Below are positions 19,927 to 30,836 of a stretch of DNA of 64,000 bases, piece after piece. The notes below the pieces were generated by a model. That model was not told the origin of the DNA and made no database searches. It was given only the letters and a program-made list of their open reading frames with translations. Source of the stretch: an uncultured bacterium (GTDB lineage Bacteria > Krumholzibacteriota > Krumholzibacteriia > JACNKJ01); the NCBI GenBank assembly GCA_963695095.1, contig CAVOFT010000001.1, forward strand, positions 3,392,001 to 3,456,000, given 5' to 3'. Position numbers and translations under genes: made by a program. Position 1 is the stretch's first letter; every line of letters begins with the position of its first letter.

Positions 19927-20295
19927 CTAGCGGTCGGGCAAGTCCACCCAGACCACCTCGGTGGCCATGACGCGAGCGAAGCGGTCGCCGCGGGCGAGGA
20001 CGGCTTCCCACTCAGCTTGGGTGTAGACGAGGATCTCGGCCGGCACGGGCAGGGCGGTGACGTCCCAGTCGCGCCCGCGCTCGGTGAAAGGCCGCGGGCA
20101 GGTCCCGACTACGGCGACCAGATCGAGATCACTACCTACTCCCCAGTTGCCGGTGGCGTAGCTGCCGAAGTAGCCCAGCCGGCGCAACTCGGGCCGCGCG
20201 GCGGCTTGCTCAGCAGCCCAGACGCGCAGCGCGGCCTCGACCGCGCTACGATCCGGCCATCTGAGCACGGACGAACGCAATGATCTCACCGGCAT
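19927..20295 (-). CDS. Minimal nucleotidyltransferase (MNT), putative antitoxin
   Basis: YFGSYATGNWGVGSDLDLV = GS-x10-DxD motif. Confidence 0.85.
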   Translation of the reverse strand: MPVRSLRSSVLRWPDRSAVEAALRVWAAEQAAARPELRRLGYFGSYATGNWGVGSDLDLVAVVGTCPRPFTERGRDWDVTALPVPAEILVYTQAEWEAVLARGDRFARVMATEVVWVDLPDR

Positions 20296-20635
20296 GAGAG
20301 ATAGCCTCACTGCTCTGGAGGGTGCCGTAGTGCTCGAAGGGGGCGCCCTCGGGGTGGCCGTTGGGGTAGCGGCTCGAGACGTAGAAATTGTCCAGGACCA
20401 TGCCGCGGTCGATCAGCGCTGTCGGTGGCGCCACCGGCAGCTCGCGCAGCAGACGAGCCACCACGTGTCCCCAGGCCTCCTGGCCATGGTGCAGGTGCAG
20501 CGCCTTGACCGCCTTCTCCGCCGCCTGCTGGGCAGCGAAGCAAGCCCAGTCGTGGTTGCCGTTGGCCTGGGCCAGACCGGCGACCTCAAGGTCCTTGTCC
20601 GCTTGAGCGAGCCAATCCCGGGCGCGGTTCGGCAT
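20246..20635 (-). CDS. HEPN domain protein, putative toxin of the HEPN-MNT pair
   Basis: WACFAAQQAAEKAVKA, WGH, YVSSRYP; overlaps the MNT gene. Confidence 0.85.
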   Translation of the reverse strand: MPNRARDWLAQADKDLEVAGLAQANGNHDWACFAAQQAAEKAVKALHLHHGQEAWGHVVARLLRELPVAPPTALIDRGMVLDNFYVSSRYPNGHPEGAPFEHYGTLQSSEAISHAGEIIAFVRAQMAGS

Positions 20636-20843
20636 GGCGACTCCCCTCTACATTCTGGGTCCAGCATAGCGCCGATCGCGCTCCCGCGGCAAGCCGCTGC
20701 CTGTAGATCGCCGTTAGCGTCAATCAGCCCGTGTTCGGCAAGCCCGCCGCCGGCAGGGCGAGGCGCGCCGCATTCCTCGCAGCGGTAGACCACCACCTGG
20801 TAAGGCAGCTCGATTTGTACACGTGTACACTCCGCCATTGCGG

Positions 20844-21718
20844 CTAGCGGACCGGGCGCGGGCGCAGCGAATCCCAGGAGTAGAGCCCCACGGCCGCCCA
20901 GATCAGCGGGAAGCTGATCGCATGCGTGCGCGTGAAGGGCTCGCCGAAGGCGAGCACGGCGACGAGGAACTGCCCCGTCGGCGCCAGGTACTGCAGCATT
21001 CCCAAGGTGGAGAAGCGCAGGCGCCGCGCCGCGGCCACGAACCAGATCAGCGGCAGCGCGGTGACGATGCCCGCGGCCGCCAGCAGCCAGCTCGTGCCCG
21101 CGCCCGCGTGGCCGAAGGCCAGACGCCCCGCGCGGGCCAGCCAGAGCAGGTAGGCGAATGCCGCGGGCGCGAGCAGAAGCGTCTCCACGGTGAGACCGGC
21201 CACGGCCTCCGTGCGCAGGCGCCGGCGCAGGAAGCCGTAGATCGCGAAGCTGAAGGCCAGGGTGAGAGCCACCCAGGGCAGGTGCCCGTAGCCGATGCCG
21301 AGAACGGTGACGCCCACCCCCGCCAGCAGCAAGCTCGCGATCTGCAGGGGCCGGAAGCGCTCGCCGAGCAGGAGCGCCCCCAGCAGCACGTTGATCAGGG
21401 GGCCGATGAAGTAGCCGAAGCTGGCGTCGAGCAGCTTGCCCACGGCGATGGACCAGATGAAGATGAGCCAGTTGGCGGCGATGAGCACCGTGGTGATCGA
21501 GAGCCAGGCCAGGGTGCGCCGGTCGCGGGCCAGCGCGCGCAGCTCGGGCAGCTTCCCCGTGAACACCTGCAAGGCGAGCAGCAGCAGCGCCGACCAGAGC
21601 ACGCGGTGGGCGAGGATCTCCATCGACGCCACGCCGGGCAGGGCGTGGAAGTAGAAGGCCGCCAGCCCCCACCAGAGATAGGCCGCGATGGCGAAGGCCA
21701 CCCCGGCCCTGGCCCGGC

Positions 21719-21722
<4 letters not shown>
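20844..21722 (-). CDS. rarD: EamA family transporter RarD
   Basis: [36 protein letters not shown]. Confidence 0.9.
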
Positions 21723-23395
<1,673 letters not shown>

Positions 23396-23560
23396 GCTTC
23401 TGCCCACTTTCCACGGTAGCCGGCGCCCCCGGGGGCGGGAGCGCGGAGGGCACATGCTAGGCCGAGAAGGGCCGGCTGGCAAGCGGGCAGCGCCCGGCCG
23501 CCTCTTTCCAAGAGAGCCCCACCCGGGCTAGACTGCCCGGAGCGCGAAAGGAGCAGGCAG

Positions 23561-24295
23561 ATGGCGGCAAGGGAGGGCTTCGCCGGCCAGGGCTTCCAGT
23601 TCTGGACCGGCCGGCCGCTGGCGGGCAAGTACGAGGTGCGCGCGCGCCTGGGCGGCGGCTGGGAAGGCGAAGTCTACCTGGTCCGCGAGCGGGCCACGGG
23701 CATCGAGCGCGCGGCCAAGTTCTTCTACCCCGAGCGCAACCCGAAGGGCATTGCGCTGCGCCACTACGCCCGCCTGCTCCACCGCCTGCAGTACTGCCCG
23801 ATCCTGATTCGCTACCACACGCAGGAAGTGATCACCGTGCGCGGCGAGGCGATCAGCGTGCTCGTCTCCGACTTCGTCGAGGGGGATGGCCTGAGCGACT
23901 TCCTCAGCGCCCAGCCCGGCAAGCGGCTGGACCCCTTCGCGGCGCTCCACCTGCTGCACCGGCTCACCCGCGGCGTCGAGGACATCCACGCCGCCGGCGA
24001 GGTGCACGGCGACCTGCACGGCAACAACATCATCGTGCGCCGGCGCGGCCTCGGCTTCGACCTCAAGCTGATCGACCTCTACCCCCGCCGCGTCCCCCCG
24101 CGGCCCAAGATCAGCGACGACGTGCTCGACCTCGTGCGCCTGCTCTACGACATGGTGGGCGGCCGGGCGCGCTACGCCCGCCAGCCGGACGTGATCAAGG
24201 GCGTCTGCAAGGGCCTGCGCAAGGACCTCATCCTCGGCCAGTTCCGCACGGCGGAGCAGTTGCGGCGGCACCTGGAGACCTTGAGCTGGGGCTAG
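23561..24295 (+). CDS. Small Ser/Thr protein kinase-like protein
   Basis: LGGGWEGEVY, AAK, HGDLHGNN, LKLID. Confidence 0.8.
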   Translation: MAAREGFAGQGFQFWTGRPLAGKYEVRARLGGGWEGEVYLVRERATGIERAAKFFYPERNPKGIALRHYARLLHRLQYCPILIRYHTQEVITVRGEAISVLVSDFVEGDGLSDFLSAQPGKRLDPFAALHLLHRLTRGVEDIHAAGEVHGDLHGNNIIVRRRGLGFDLKLIDLYPRRVPPRPKISDDVLDLVRLLYDMVGGRARYARQPDVIKGVCKGLRKDLILGQFRTAEQLRRHLETLSWG

Positions 24296-25236
24296 TACAA
24301 GAACTTCCCGTGCCGGCGCCGCTGGCGGATCATGTTGCGCAGCTCCACGTCACCCGGAATCACCACGTCCGGGTTCTGCTTGAAGTCCAGCGCGCGGCTG
24401 CGGCCGCGGTAGCGCAGCGAGTTCAGGATGAGCTTGATCGTCTCCAGGCGGGCGAGGTGCTTGTCGTCCGAGCGCACCACGTACCAGGGCGTGCGCGCCG
24501 TGTGCGTCTGCTTGAGCAGGCGGAACTTGGCCTCGGTGAACTCGTCCCAGAGCTCCTGGGCCTGCAGGTCCACCTCGCTCAGCTTCCACTGGCGCAGCGC
24601 GTCGTTCTTGCGGCGCTGGAAGCGCCGCGCCTGCTCCTCCTGGGAAACCGAGAAGTAGAGCTTGAGCAGGAGGGTCTTGCCGTCGGCGATGAAGCTCTCC
24701 TCGTAGCCCACCACGTCGGCCATGAACTGCTGGTACTGGGCATCGGTGCAGAAGCCCATCACCGGCTCGACCATTGCCCGGTTGTACCAGCTGCGGTCGA
24801 AGAGCACGATCTCCCCCGCCGTGGGGAACTGCTCGATGTAGCGCTTCATGTGCAGCTCGGTGAGCTGGCGCGGGCTGGGCTTGCCCAGGGCCACCACCCG
24901 GTAGCGCTTCTCGTTCATGTAGCGGGTGACGCGGCGGATGGTGCCGCCCTTGCCCGAGGCGTCGCGGCCGTCCATGAGGACGATCATCTTGCCGCCCGTG
25001 CGCTCCAGGTGCTGCTGCAGCTTGACCAGCTCGGCCTGGTAGGGCTTCAGCTCCTCGCCCTGGTAGTGGGCGATGAGGGTCTCCTCGAGCAGCTTCGTGG
25101 CCTCGCGCGTGGGCAGCTGGTCGATGACCGCGCGCACGCGCTTCTTCAGCTTGGCCGCACCGTCCACGGGCACCCGCCCGGCGACCTCGTGCAGCCGGCG
25201 CCGCGCGCCCTGGCTCGGTTCCTTGCTGGCCGCCAT
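24292..25236 (-). CDS. ppk2: Polyphosphate kinase 2
   Basis: DGRDASGKGG, FDRSWYNRA, VEPVMGFC, WKLSEVD, PWYVVRSDDK. Confidence 0.95.
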   Translation of the reverse strand: MAASKEPSQGARRRLHEVAGRVPVDGAAKLKKRVRAVIDQLPTREATKLLEETLIAHYQGEELKPYQAELVKLQQHLERTGGKMIVLMDGRDASGKGGTIRRVTRYMNEKRYRVVALGKPSPRQLTELHMKRYIEQFPTAGEIVLFDRSWYNRAMVEPVMGFCTDAQYQQFMADVVGYEESFIADGKTLLLKLYFSVSQEEQARRFQRRKNDALRQWKLSEVDLQAQELWDEFTEAKFRLLKQTHTARTPWYVVRSDDKHLARLETIKLILNSLRYRGRSRALDFKQNPDVVIPGDVELRNMIRQRRRHGKFLY

Positions 25237-25281
25237 GCGGCACCTCCCTGGGCGTGGCTGCCCGGCCGGCGCCGGGGCTGC

Positions 25282-25316
25282 AAAAAGCCGGCCTCCCGCC
25301 ACGGGCGGGAGGCCGG
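25282..25316 (-). terminator. Rho-independent terminator after the tRNA pair
   Basis: 13-bp stem CCGGCCTCCCGCC/GGCGGGAGGCCGG followed by TTTTT on the minus strand. Confidence 0.8.
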
Positions 25317-25321
25317 ACAGG

Positions 25322-25395
25322 TAGCCCCAAGGGGATTCGAACCCCTGTTGCCGGATCGAGAATCCGATGTCCTAACCGGGCTAGACGATGGGGCC
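25322..25395 (-). tRNA. tRNA-Glu (CTC)
   Basis: GGCCCCATCGTCTAG...TCGGA-TT-CTC-GA-TCCGG...GGTTCGAATCC...TGGGGCTA. Confidence 0.95.
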
Positions 25396-25427
25396 ACGCT
25401 CCTGCGTCCCGTCGGTCGCAGGAGAGG

Positions 25428-25498
25428 TTGCCCCGCAAGGATTCGAACCTCGATCAACGGAACCAGAATCCGTTGTCCTGCCGTTAGACGACGGGGCA
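25428..25498 (-). tRNA. tRNA-Gln (CTG)
   Basis: TGCCCCGTCGTCTAACGGCAGGAC-AACGGA-TT-CTG-GT-TCCGTT...GGTTCGAATCC...CGGGGCAA. Confidence 0.95.
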
Positions 25499-25567
25499 GC
25501 AACGGGGCGAAAAATAGCAGATCGCCCCGGGCCCTGCAAGCCCCCCGGGCGTCCAAATCGGGCCCGG

Positions 25568-27073
25568 CTAGGCCGACGCCGCGCCCGCCCAGGCCCGCCC
25601 CCGCAGGCGGGCCAGCGTTTTTTCCCGGCCCAGCAACTCGCACATGCGAAAGATGTCCGGGCTCACGCCGCGGCCGCTGACGGCCACGCGCAGGGCGTGG
25701 ATCAGCTCGGCGGCGTCCAGGCCCGCTCCGGCGGCTTCCCCGCGCAGGGCGGCCTCGAGCGCCGGGGCGGCGAAGCCACCGGCCGGCAGGGCGGCGAAGC
25801 TGTCCGCCAGGGCGGGCAGGCGCGCGGCCGCGGCCCCGCTCAGGCGCTCGGCCACGGCGGCGGGATCGTACTCCGGAAACTCCCGGAAGAAGTGGGTGAG
25901 GCTCCAGGCGGCCTCGGGGAAGCTCTTCAAGCGCTTGCCGAGCAGCAGGATCATCGCCCCCAGCGCCTCGCGGACCTCGGGCAGGGGCGGCAGCTGCACC
26001 CCCGCGCGCTCCAGCTCGCGATAGGTGCCCAGGATCTTCTCGTCGCGGTCCAGGCGCGCGAAGTGCTCGCCGTTGAGCCAGGCGAGCTTGTCCGGGTCGA
26101 AGACGGCCGGGTTCGCGCCCACGCGCTTGAGGCTGAAGGCCTCCACCAGCCGCTTCGGCGTGAAGAACTCGGTCTTGCCGTCCAGGCTCCAGCCGAGCAG
26201 GGCGAGATAGTTGAGCATCGCCTGGGGCAGGACGCCCTGCCGCTCGAACTCCTGCACGCTGCTGGCGCCGTGGCGCTTGGACAGGCGCGTCTTGTCCGCG
26301 CCCAGGATCATCGGCAGGTGGGCGAACTTGGGCAGCGGGTAGCCGAGCGCGGCGTAGAGCAGGAGGTGCCGCGGCGTGTTGCTGATGTGGTCGTCGCCGC
26401 GGATCACGTGCGTGATGCCCATCGCATGGTCGTCCACCACCACGGCGAAGTTGTAGGTGGGCAGCCCGTCGCTCTTGAGCAGGACGAAGTCCTCGATCAC
26501 CGCGTGCTTGAAGACGCTGCGGCCGCGGATCTGGTCGTCGAGCACCACCTCGCCCTCGCCTTCCCGCGGCACGCGCAGGCGGATGGCGTGGGGCTCGCCC
26601 GCGGTCACGCGGGCGGCGGCTGAGGCGGGATCGAGCCGGCCGCAGCGGCCATCGTAGCCCTGGGCGTCATCGCCGGCGGCCTTCTGCTCCTCGCGCTGGG
26701 CGCTCAGGGTCTCGGCGCTGCAGAAGCAGGGATAGGCGCGGCCGCCGGCCAGCAGGGTCTCCGCCGCCGCGCGGTAGACGGCCCGCCGCTCGCTCTGGAA
26801 GTAGGGCCCGTGGGGCCCGCCCGCCTCGGGGCCTTCGTCCCAGTCCAGACCCAGCCACTGCATCGCCTGGAGAATGCCGCGCACGGACTCGTCGCTGCTG
26901 CGGGCGGCATCCGTGTCCTCGATGCGCAGGATGAAGCTGCCCTTCGCGTGCCGGGCGAAGAGCCAGTTGAAGAGCGCGGTGCGCGCCCCGCCCACGTGCA
27001 GGTGGCCGGTGGGACTCGGCGCGAAGCGGACGCGCACGGGGGCGCTCGTCGGCGGGGGCGGCGGCGTGCTCAT
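25568..27073 (-). CDS. gltX: Glutamate--tRNA ligase
   Basis: RFAPSPTGHLHVGGAR, LRIEDTD, YPCFCS, HVIRGDDH, RLSKRHG. Confidence 0.97.
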   Translation of the reverse strand: MSTPPPPPTSAPVRVRFAPSPTGHLHVGGARTALFNWLFARHAKGSFILRIEDTDAARSSDESVRGILQAMQWLGLDWDEGPEAGGPHGPYFQSERRAVYRAAAETLLAGGRAYPCFCSAETLSAQREEQKAAGDDAQGYDGRCGRLDPASAAARVTAGEPHAIRLRVPREGEGEVVLDDQIRGRSVFKHAVIEDFVLLKSDGLPTYNFAVVVDDHAMGITHVIRGDDHISNTPRHLLLYAALGYPLPKFAHLPMILGADKTRLSKRHGASSVQEFERQGVLPQAMLNYLALLGWSLDGKTEFFTPKRLVEAFSLKRVGANPAVFDPDKLAWLNGEHFARLDRDEKILGTYRELERAGVQLPPLPEVREALGAMILLLGKRLKSFPEAAWSLTHFFREFPEYDPAAVAERLSGAAAARLPALADSFAALPAGGFAAPALEAALRGEAAGAGLDAAELIHALRVAVSGRGVSPDIFRMCELLGREKTLARLRGRAWAGAASA

Positions 27074-27103
27074 GCGAGGATGCGATCCTTTCCCAGGGCC
27101 CGG

Positions 27104-28135
27104 CTAGTGCGGGTCGTAGACGGCGACCAGATCGATCAGAGGCGTGCCGTAGCAGCGCTCGACGGCCGCCTCGAAGCTGAGCGCCGGGTCGGCCTCCATC
27201 GCGGCCACGGTCTCCTTGAAGGGTCCCAGCCCCTCGCCGATCATGATGTCGCGCACGAGGCGGAAGGCCCGCCAGTAGGCGACGCGGCTGGCCAGGCGCT
27301 CCTCTTCGAGGATGCCCGGCGTCTCCACCTCGCGCAGCATCAGCTCGCGGTCGCGGAAGATCTCCAGGTCGCGGATCATCGTCGCCTGGTCGATGGCCAG
27401 GTCGCGGTCCCTGAGCACGACCACCTGGCCCTCGAGAACGCTCCCCTCATCGCCGAAGAAGGCGCCGGCGCCGTAGAGGAACCAGTAGGGGATGCGATCC
27501 CCGGTGCGCCGGCGCAGCTGCCACTCCACGTAGTAGTGGGTGAGCGCCTGCTGGGCCATGCCCCGCGAGGTGATCACCGAGATGGGCTGCAGCACGACGC
27601 AGTCGTCCTGGACGTCGCCGGGCACCCACCAGGGCAGGCCCATCTCGCTGCCGTAGTGCGCGAGGTCCAGGGGCATCACCAGGGGGAAGGGCCCCTCGAT
27701 GTCCCAGCCCAGCCGCTCCTTGATGCCGAAGTAGGCGTAGTCGGCGAACTCGGCCATCACCAGGGCCACATCGCGGGGCACGTAGGGCCCGGCGTAGTGC
27801 AGGTCGACGAATTCCGTCACCACCTGCGTCTCGCTCACCTGCGGCCCCGGCCGCGGATCGCCCTCTTTCCAGAGGCGCAGGGTCTTGAAGCCGTAGCCGA
27901 AGGGCACGCGGTCGTCGGGGGTCCAGGCGCGCAGGCGCTCCTCGCTACCGGGAGCGTCCTCCGGCGGCAGCACGCCCTTGAAGCGCAGGGTGACCCCGTC
28001 CTCGTTGACGAAGGTGCTGTCCACGACGACCGGGGCCGGCGGCTCGCCCTCCGGGTCCGGCACCGGGGGCGCCGCCGCGACGGGCAGCGCCAGCAACAGG
28101 GCCAGCGATGCGTAGAGCAGTCTGCGCCGCATCAT
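27104..28135 (-). CDS. Secreted protein resembling a degenerate peptidase MA-like domain
   Basis: Signal peptide; ALTHYYVE...IPYWFLYGAGAF resembles HExxH...PxWxxEGxA with substitutions. Confidence 0.5.
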   Translation of the reverse strand: MMRRRLLYASLALLLALPVAAAPPVPDPEGEPPAPVVVDSTFVNEDGVTLRFKGVLPPEDAPGSEERLRAWTPDDRVPFGYGFKTLRLWKEGDPRPGPQVSETQVVTEFVDLHYAGPYVPRDVALVMAEFADYAYFGIKERLGWDIEGPFPLVMPLDLAHYGSEMGLPWWVPGDVQDDCVVLQPISVITSRGMAQQALTHYYVEWQLRRRTGDRIPYWFLYGAGAFFGDEGSVLEGQVVVLRDRDLAIDQATMIRDLEIFRDRELMLREVETPGILEEERLASRVAYWRAFRLVRDIMIGEGLGPFKETVAAMEADPALSFEAAVERCYGTPLIDLVAVYDPH

Positions 28136-29142
28136 CCATCCTCCTCATTGTCGGTATCGAGCCAGGGCATCAGGGAGCGCACGCGCCGCCCGGCCGCTTC
28201 GATGGGGTGCGCGGCATCGGCGGCGCGCAGCGCGCGCAGGCGCGGAGCGCCGGCGGCGGCCTCGGCCACCCATTCGCGCGCGAAAGCGCCGGACTCGATC
28301 TCGCCCAGCAGCGTGGCCAGGCGCGCGCGCGCCGCGGCATCGACCACGCGCTTGCCGCGCGTGAGATCGCCGTAGAGGGCGGTACCGCTGATGTGGGCGC
28401 GCATGCCGTCGATTCCCTTCGCGTAGAGCAGGTCCGCCAGGATCTTCACCTCGTGCAGGCACTCGAAGTAGGCGATCTCCGGCGCGTAGCCGCGCCCCAC
28501 CAGCGTATCGAAGGCCGCGCGCACCAGCTCGCCGAGCCCACCGCAGAGCACCGCCTGTTCGCCGAAGAGGTCGCTGACCGCCTCCTCGCGAAAGCTCGTG
28601 GCCAGCGCCCCCGTGCGCAGGCAGCCGAGGGCCGCCGTATAGGCCAGCGCGGTCTGCCAGGCGCCGCCCGTGGCATCCTGGTGGACGGCGATCAGGGCCG
28701 CGGCCCCGTGGCCGGCGGCGTAGAGGCGGCGGACCATGCGCCCCTGCGCCTTCGGCGCCACGAGAAAGACGTCGATTCCCGGCCCCGGGTCAAGCAGGCC
28801 GAAGCCGACGGCGAAGCCGTGCGCGAAGCCGAGGGCTGCCCCGTCCCGCAGCTGGGGCCGGATCTCCGCGGCATAGAGCTGGGCCTGCGTTTCATCCGGG
28901 GTAAGAAGGAGGAGCACATCGGCTTGCGCGGCCGCCGCCGCAGGCGCGAGGACCTCGAACCCGGCCTCCCGGGCCGAGTTCCAGGACTCTCCGCCCGGCC
29001 GCGCCCCGATCAGCGGCGCCAGGCCCTCATCGCGGAGGTTGGCCGCCTGGGCCCGGCCCTGGTTGCCATAGCCGATCAGCGCGACGCGGCGGTCGGCCAG
29101 GCCCCCCGCGGGGGCGTCCCTCCAGTCGAAGATGCGGGCCAT
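28132..29142 (-). CDS. ilvC: Ketol-acid reductoisomerase
   Basis: IGYGNQGRAQAANLRD, LTPDE, FAHGF, VAPK, SDLFGEQAVLCGG, AYFECLHE. Confidence 0.95.
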   Translation of the reverse strand: MARIFDWRDAPAGGLADRRVALIGYGNQGRAQAANLRDEGLAPLIGARPGGESWNSAREAGFEVLAPAAAAAQADVLLLLTPDETQAQLYAAEIRPQLRDGAALGFAHGFAVGFGLLDPGPGIDVFLVAPKAQGRMVRRLYAAGHGAAALIAVHQDATGGAWQTALAYTAALGCLRTGALATSFREEAVSDLFGEQAVLCGGLGELVRAAFDTLVGRGYAPEIAYFECLHEVKILADLLYAKGIDGMRAHISGTALYGDLTRGKRVVDAAARARLATLLGEIESGAFAREWVAEAAAGAPRLRALRAADAAHPIEAAGRRVRSLMPWLDTDNEEDG

Positions 29143-29187
29143 GGCCACGGTCTAGCAGATGGATCGCACACCCGCAAGGCCGGCCCC

Positions 29188-29216
29188 TTGACTTGGGCCA
29201 GGACCGGCATTAGCCT
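29188..29216 (+). promoter_or_regulatory. Sigma70-type promoter of tRNA-Met
   Basis: TTGACT-17 nt-TAGCCT ending 10 nt before the tRNA. Confidence 0.6.
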
Positions 29217-29226
29217 GTGCTCCGCT

Positions 29227-29300
29227 GGCGGCTTAGCTCAGTCGGTTAGAGCAGCGGAATCATAATCCGCGTGTCCGGGGTTCGAATCCCTGAGCCGCTA
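29227..29300 (+). tRNA. tRNA-Met (CAT), probably elongator
   Basis: GGCGGCTTAGCTCAG...GCGGA-AT-CAT-AA-TCCGC...GGTTCGAATCC...AGCCGCTA; starts with G1 and lacks the 3 consecutive GC anticodon-stem pairs of initiator tRNA. Confidence 0.9.
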
Positions 29301-29521
29301 CCTTCCCCGTCGAGATTGCTTGATTCGGACCTGGATTCCCGGGAGCGCCGGGGGCGCCGCCGGGATTCGCCGGCGCGACCCGGTCGGAGTCGCATAAGCG
29401 ACGCCAGGACAGTCACCTGCGCCGTTTCGCCGGGGGTGGGCAGGGGCCCGTCGCCGGCACTGACGCCGAGGGGCGGCCATTCCCTGCTAGCGATTCGGCC
29501 GTCCGAATCGCAAGGCGACTC

Positions 29522-29550
29522 TTGACCAAATTCAACTTCCGTTGCATTGT
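29522..29550 (+). promoter_or_regulatory. Putative sigma70 promoter of the OmpA gene
   Basis: TTGACC-17 nt-CATTGT. Confidence 0.4.
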
Positions 29551-29628
29551 GGCCGCCGGCAGTCGCCACTTCCGCCATTCCCGCGCGGCGGCGGCCCGCA
29601 GGGCGGACATCCGTATTAAGGAGGAGAG

Positions 29629-30654
29629 ATGCAGATGAGCAAGTGGATCCTGGCCCTCGCATTGGCGGCCCTGCTGGCCGCTCCCGCGCTGGCGGACAGC
29701 GGTGAGCGCGCCGCCAAGCGCGCCCAGGCCGGCGAAGTCGTGCACGATCTGAGCTGGCCCTGGCCCTTCGGCAGGGCGGCCACCGACACCGATGGCGATG
29801 GGGTGACCGACGACCTGGATGCCTGCCCCGATACGCCGATGGGCGCCATTGTCGACGCCACCGGCTGCCCCCTGGACAGCGACGGTGACGGCGTCTTCGA
29901 TGGCCTGGACATGTGCGCGAACACCCCCCGCGGCGCCACCGTGGACGCCAAGGGCTGCCCCAGCGACAGCGACGGCGACGGCGTCTTCGACGGCATCGAC
30001 ATGTGCCCGGGCACCGCCAAGGGCGCCAAGGTGGACATGAAGGGCTGCCCCGCCGACAGTGACGGCGACGGCGTCGCCGACGGCATCGACCAGTGCCCCG
30101 ACACGCCCAAGGGCGCCACCGTGGACGCCAAGGGCTGCCCCAGCGACAGCGACGGCGACGGCGTCTTCGACGGCATCGACCTCTGCCCGAACACTCCGGC
30201 CGGCACGAAGGTCGACGCCAAGGGTTGCGCCGTGGACGTTTCCCAGACCGAGACCATCTTCCTGGACACCGGCGTGATCCGCACGGCGGCCATCCTCTTC
30301 GACACCGACAAGGCCACGATCAAGCCCGAGTCCCACAAGGCGCTCACGGAGATCGGCAACATCCTCGTGCAGTGGCCCCAGCTGAAGATCGAGATCGGCG
30401 GCCACACCGACAGCAGCGGCGGCGACGCCCACAACCAGACCCTGTCGGAGGCGCGCGCCAAGTCCGTGCTGGATTACCTGACCACGAACTTCCCCAAGAT
30501 CAGCGCCAGCCAGTACACGACCAAGGGCTATGGCGAGGGCACGCCGGTGGCGGACAACGCCACGGCGGCGGGCCGCAAGGAGAACCGCCGGGTCGAGTTC
30601 ACGGTGCTCAACAAGGACGAGCTGAAGAAGGAAGTCGAGAAGCGCAAGCAGTAG
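29629..30654 (+). CDS. OmpA-family protein with thrombospondin type 3-like Ca-binding repeats
   Basis: Signal peptide; 5x DSDGDGVxDxxDxCPxTPxGAxVDAKGCP; GHTDS...LSEARA...NRRVEF. Confidence 0.9.
   Translation: MQMSKWILALALAALLAAPALADSGERAAKRAQAGEVVHDLSWPWPFGRAATDTDGDGVTDDLDACPDTPMGAIVDATGCPLDSDGDGVFDGLDMCANTPRGATVDAKGCPSDSDGDGVFDGIDMCPGTAKGAKVDMKGCPADSDGDGVADGIDQCPDTPKGATVDAKGCPSDSDGDGVFDGIDLCPNTPAGTKVDAKGCAVDVSQTETIFLDTGVIRTAAILFDTDKATIKPESHKALTEIGNILVQWPQLKIEIGGHTDSSGGDAHNQTLSEARAKSVLDYLTTNFPKISASQYTTKGYGEGTPVADNATAAGRKENRRVEFTVLNKDELKKEVEKRKQ
29785..30234 (+). repeat. Five 90-bp intragenic tandem repeats
   Basis: 30-aa repeat units within the OmpA gene. Confidence 0.85.
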
Positions 30655-30682
30655 CGCGCCTCGACCGACGCGAACGTATGCA

Positions 30683-30723
30683 GACGGCCGCTCCTGCCAG
30701 GCAGGGGCGGCCGTCGCCTTTTT
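30683..30723 (+). terminator. Rho-independent terminator
   Basis: GACGGCCGCTCCTGC...GCAGGGGCGGCCGTC hairpin then CTTTTT. Confidence 0.7.
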
Positions 30724-30836
30724 GGCCGCCTGGGAATCCCCATGTCCAGCGCGGGGCAGCGGTGCTAGACTCTAGCTCAGCGAGCGACTCCGAGCCCATC
30801 GGCAGTCGCCGCCACCACCGACGAAAGGGGAACTCG

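Noticed and set aside
29301..29620. Integrative element at tRNA-Met
   Set aside because: No integrase and no duplicated tRNA 3' end seen in the window.
29785..30234. Regular repeats as a CRISPR array (also 39998-40380)
   Set aside because: In-frame 90/99-bp coding repeats with synonymous variation and no unique spacers; no cas genes.
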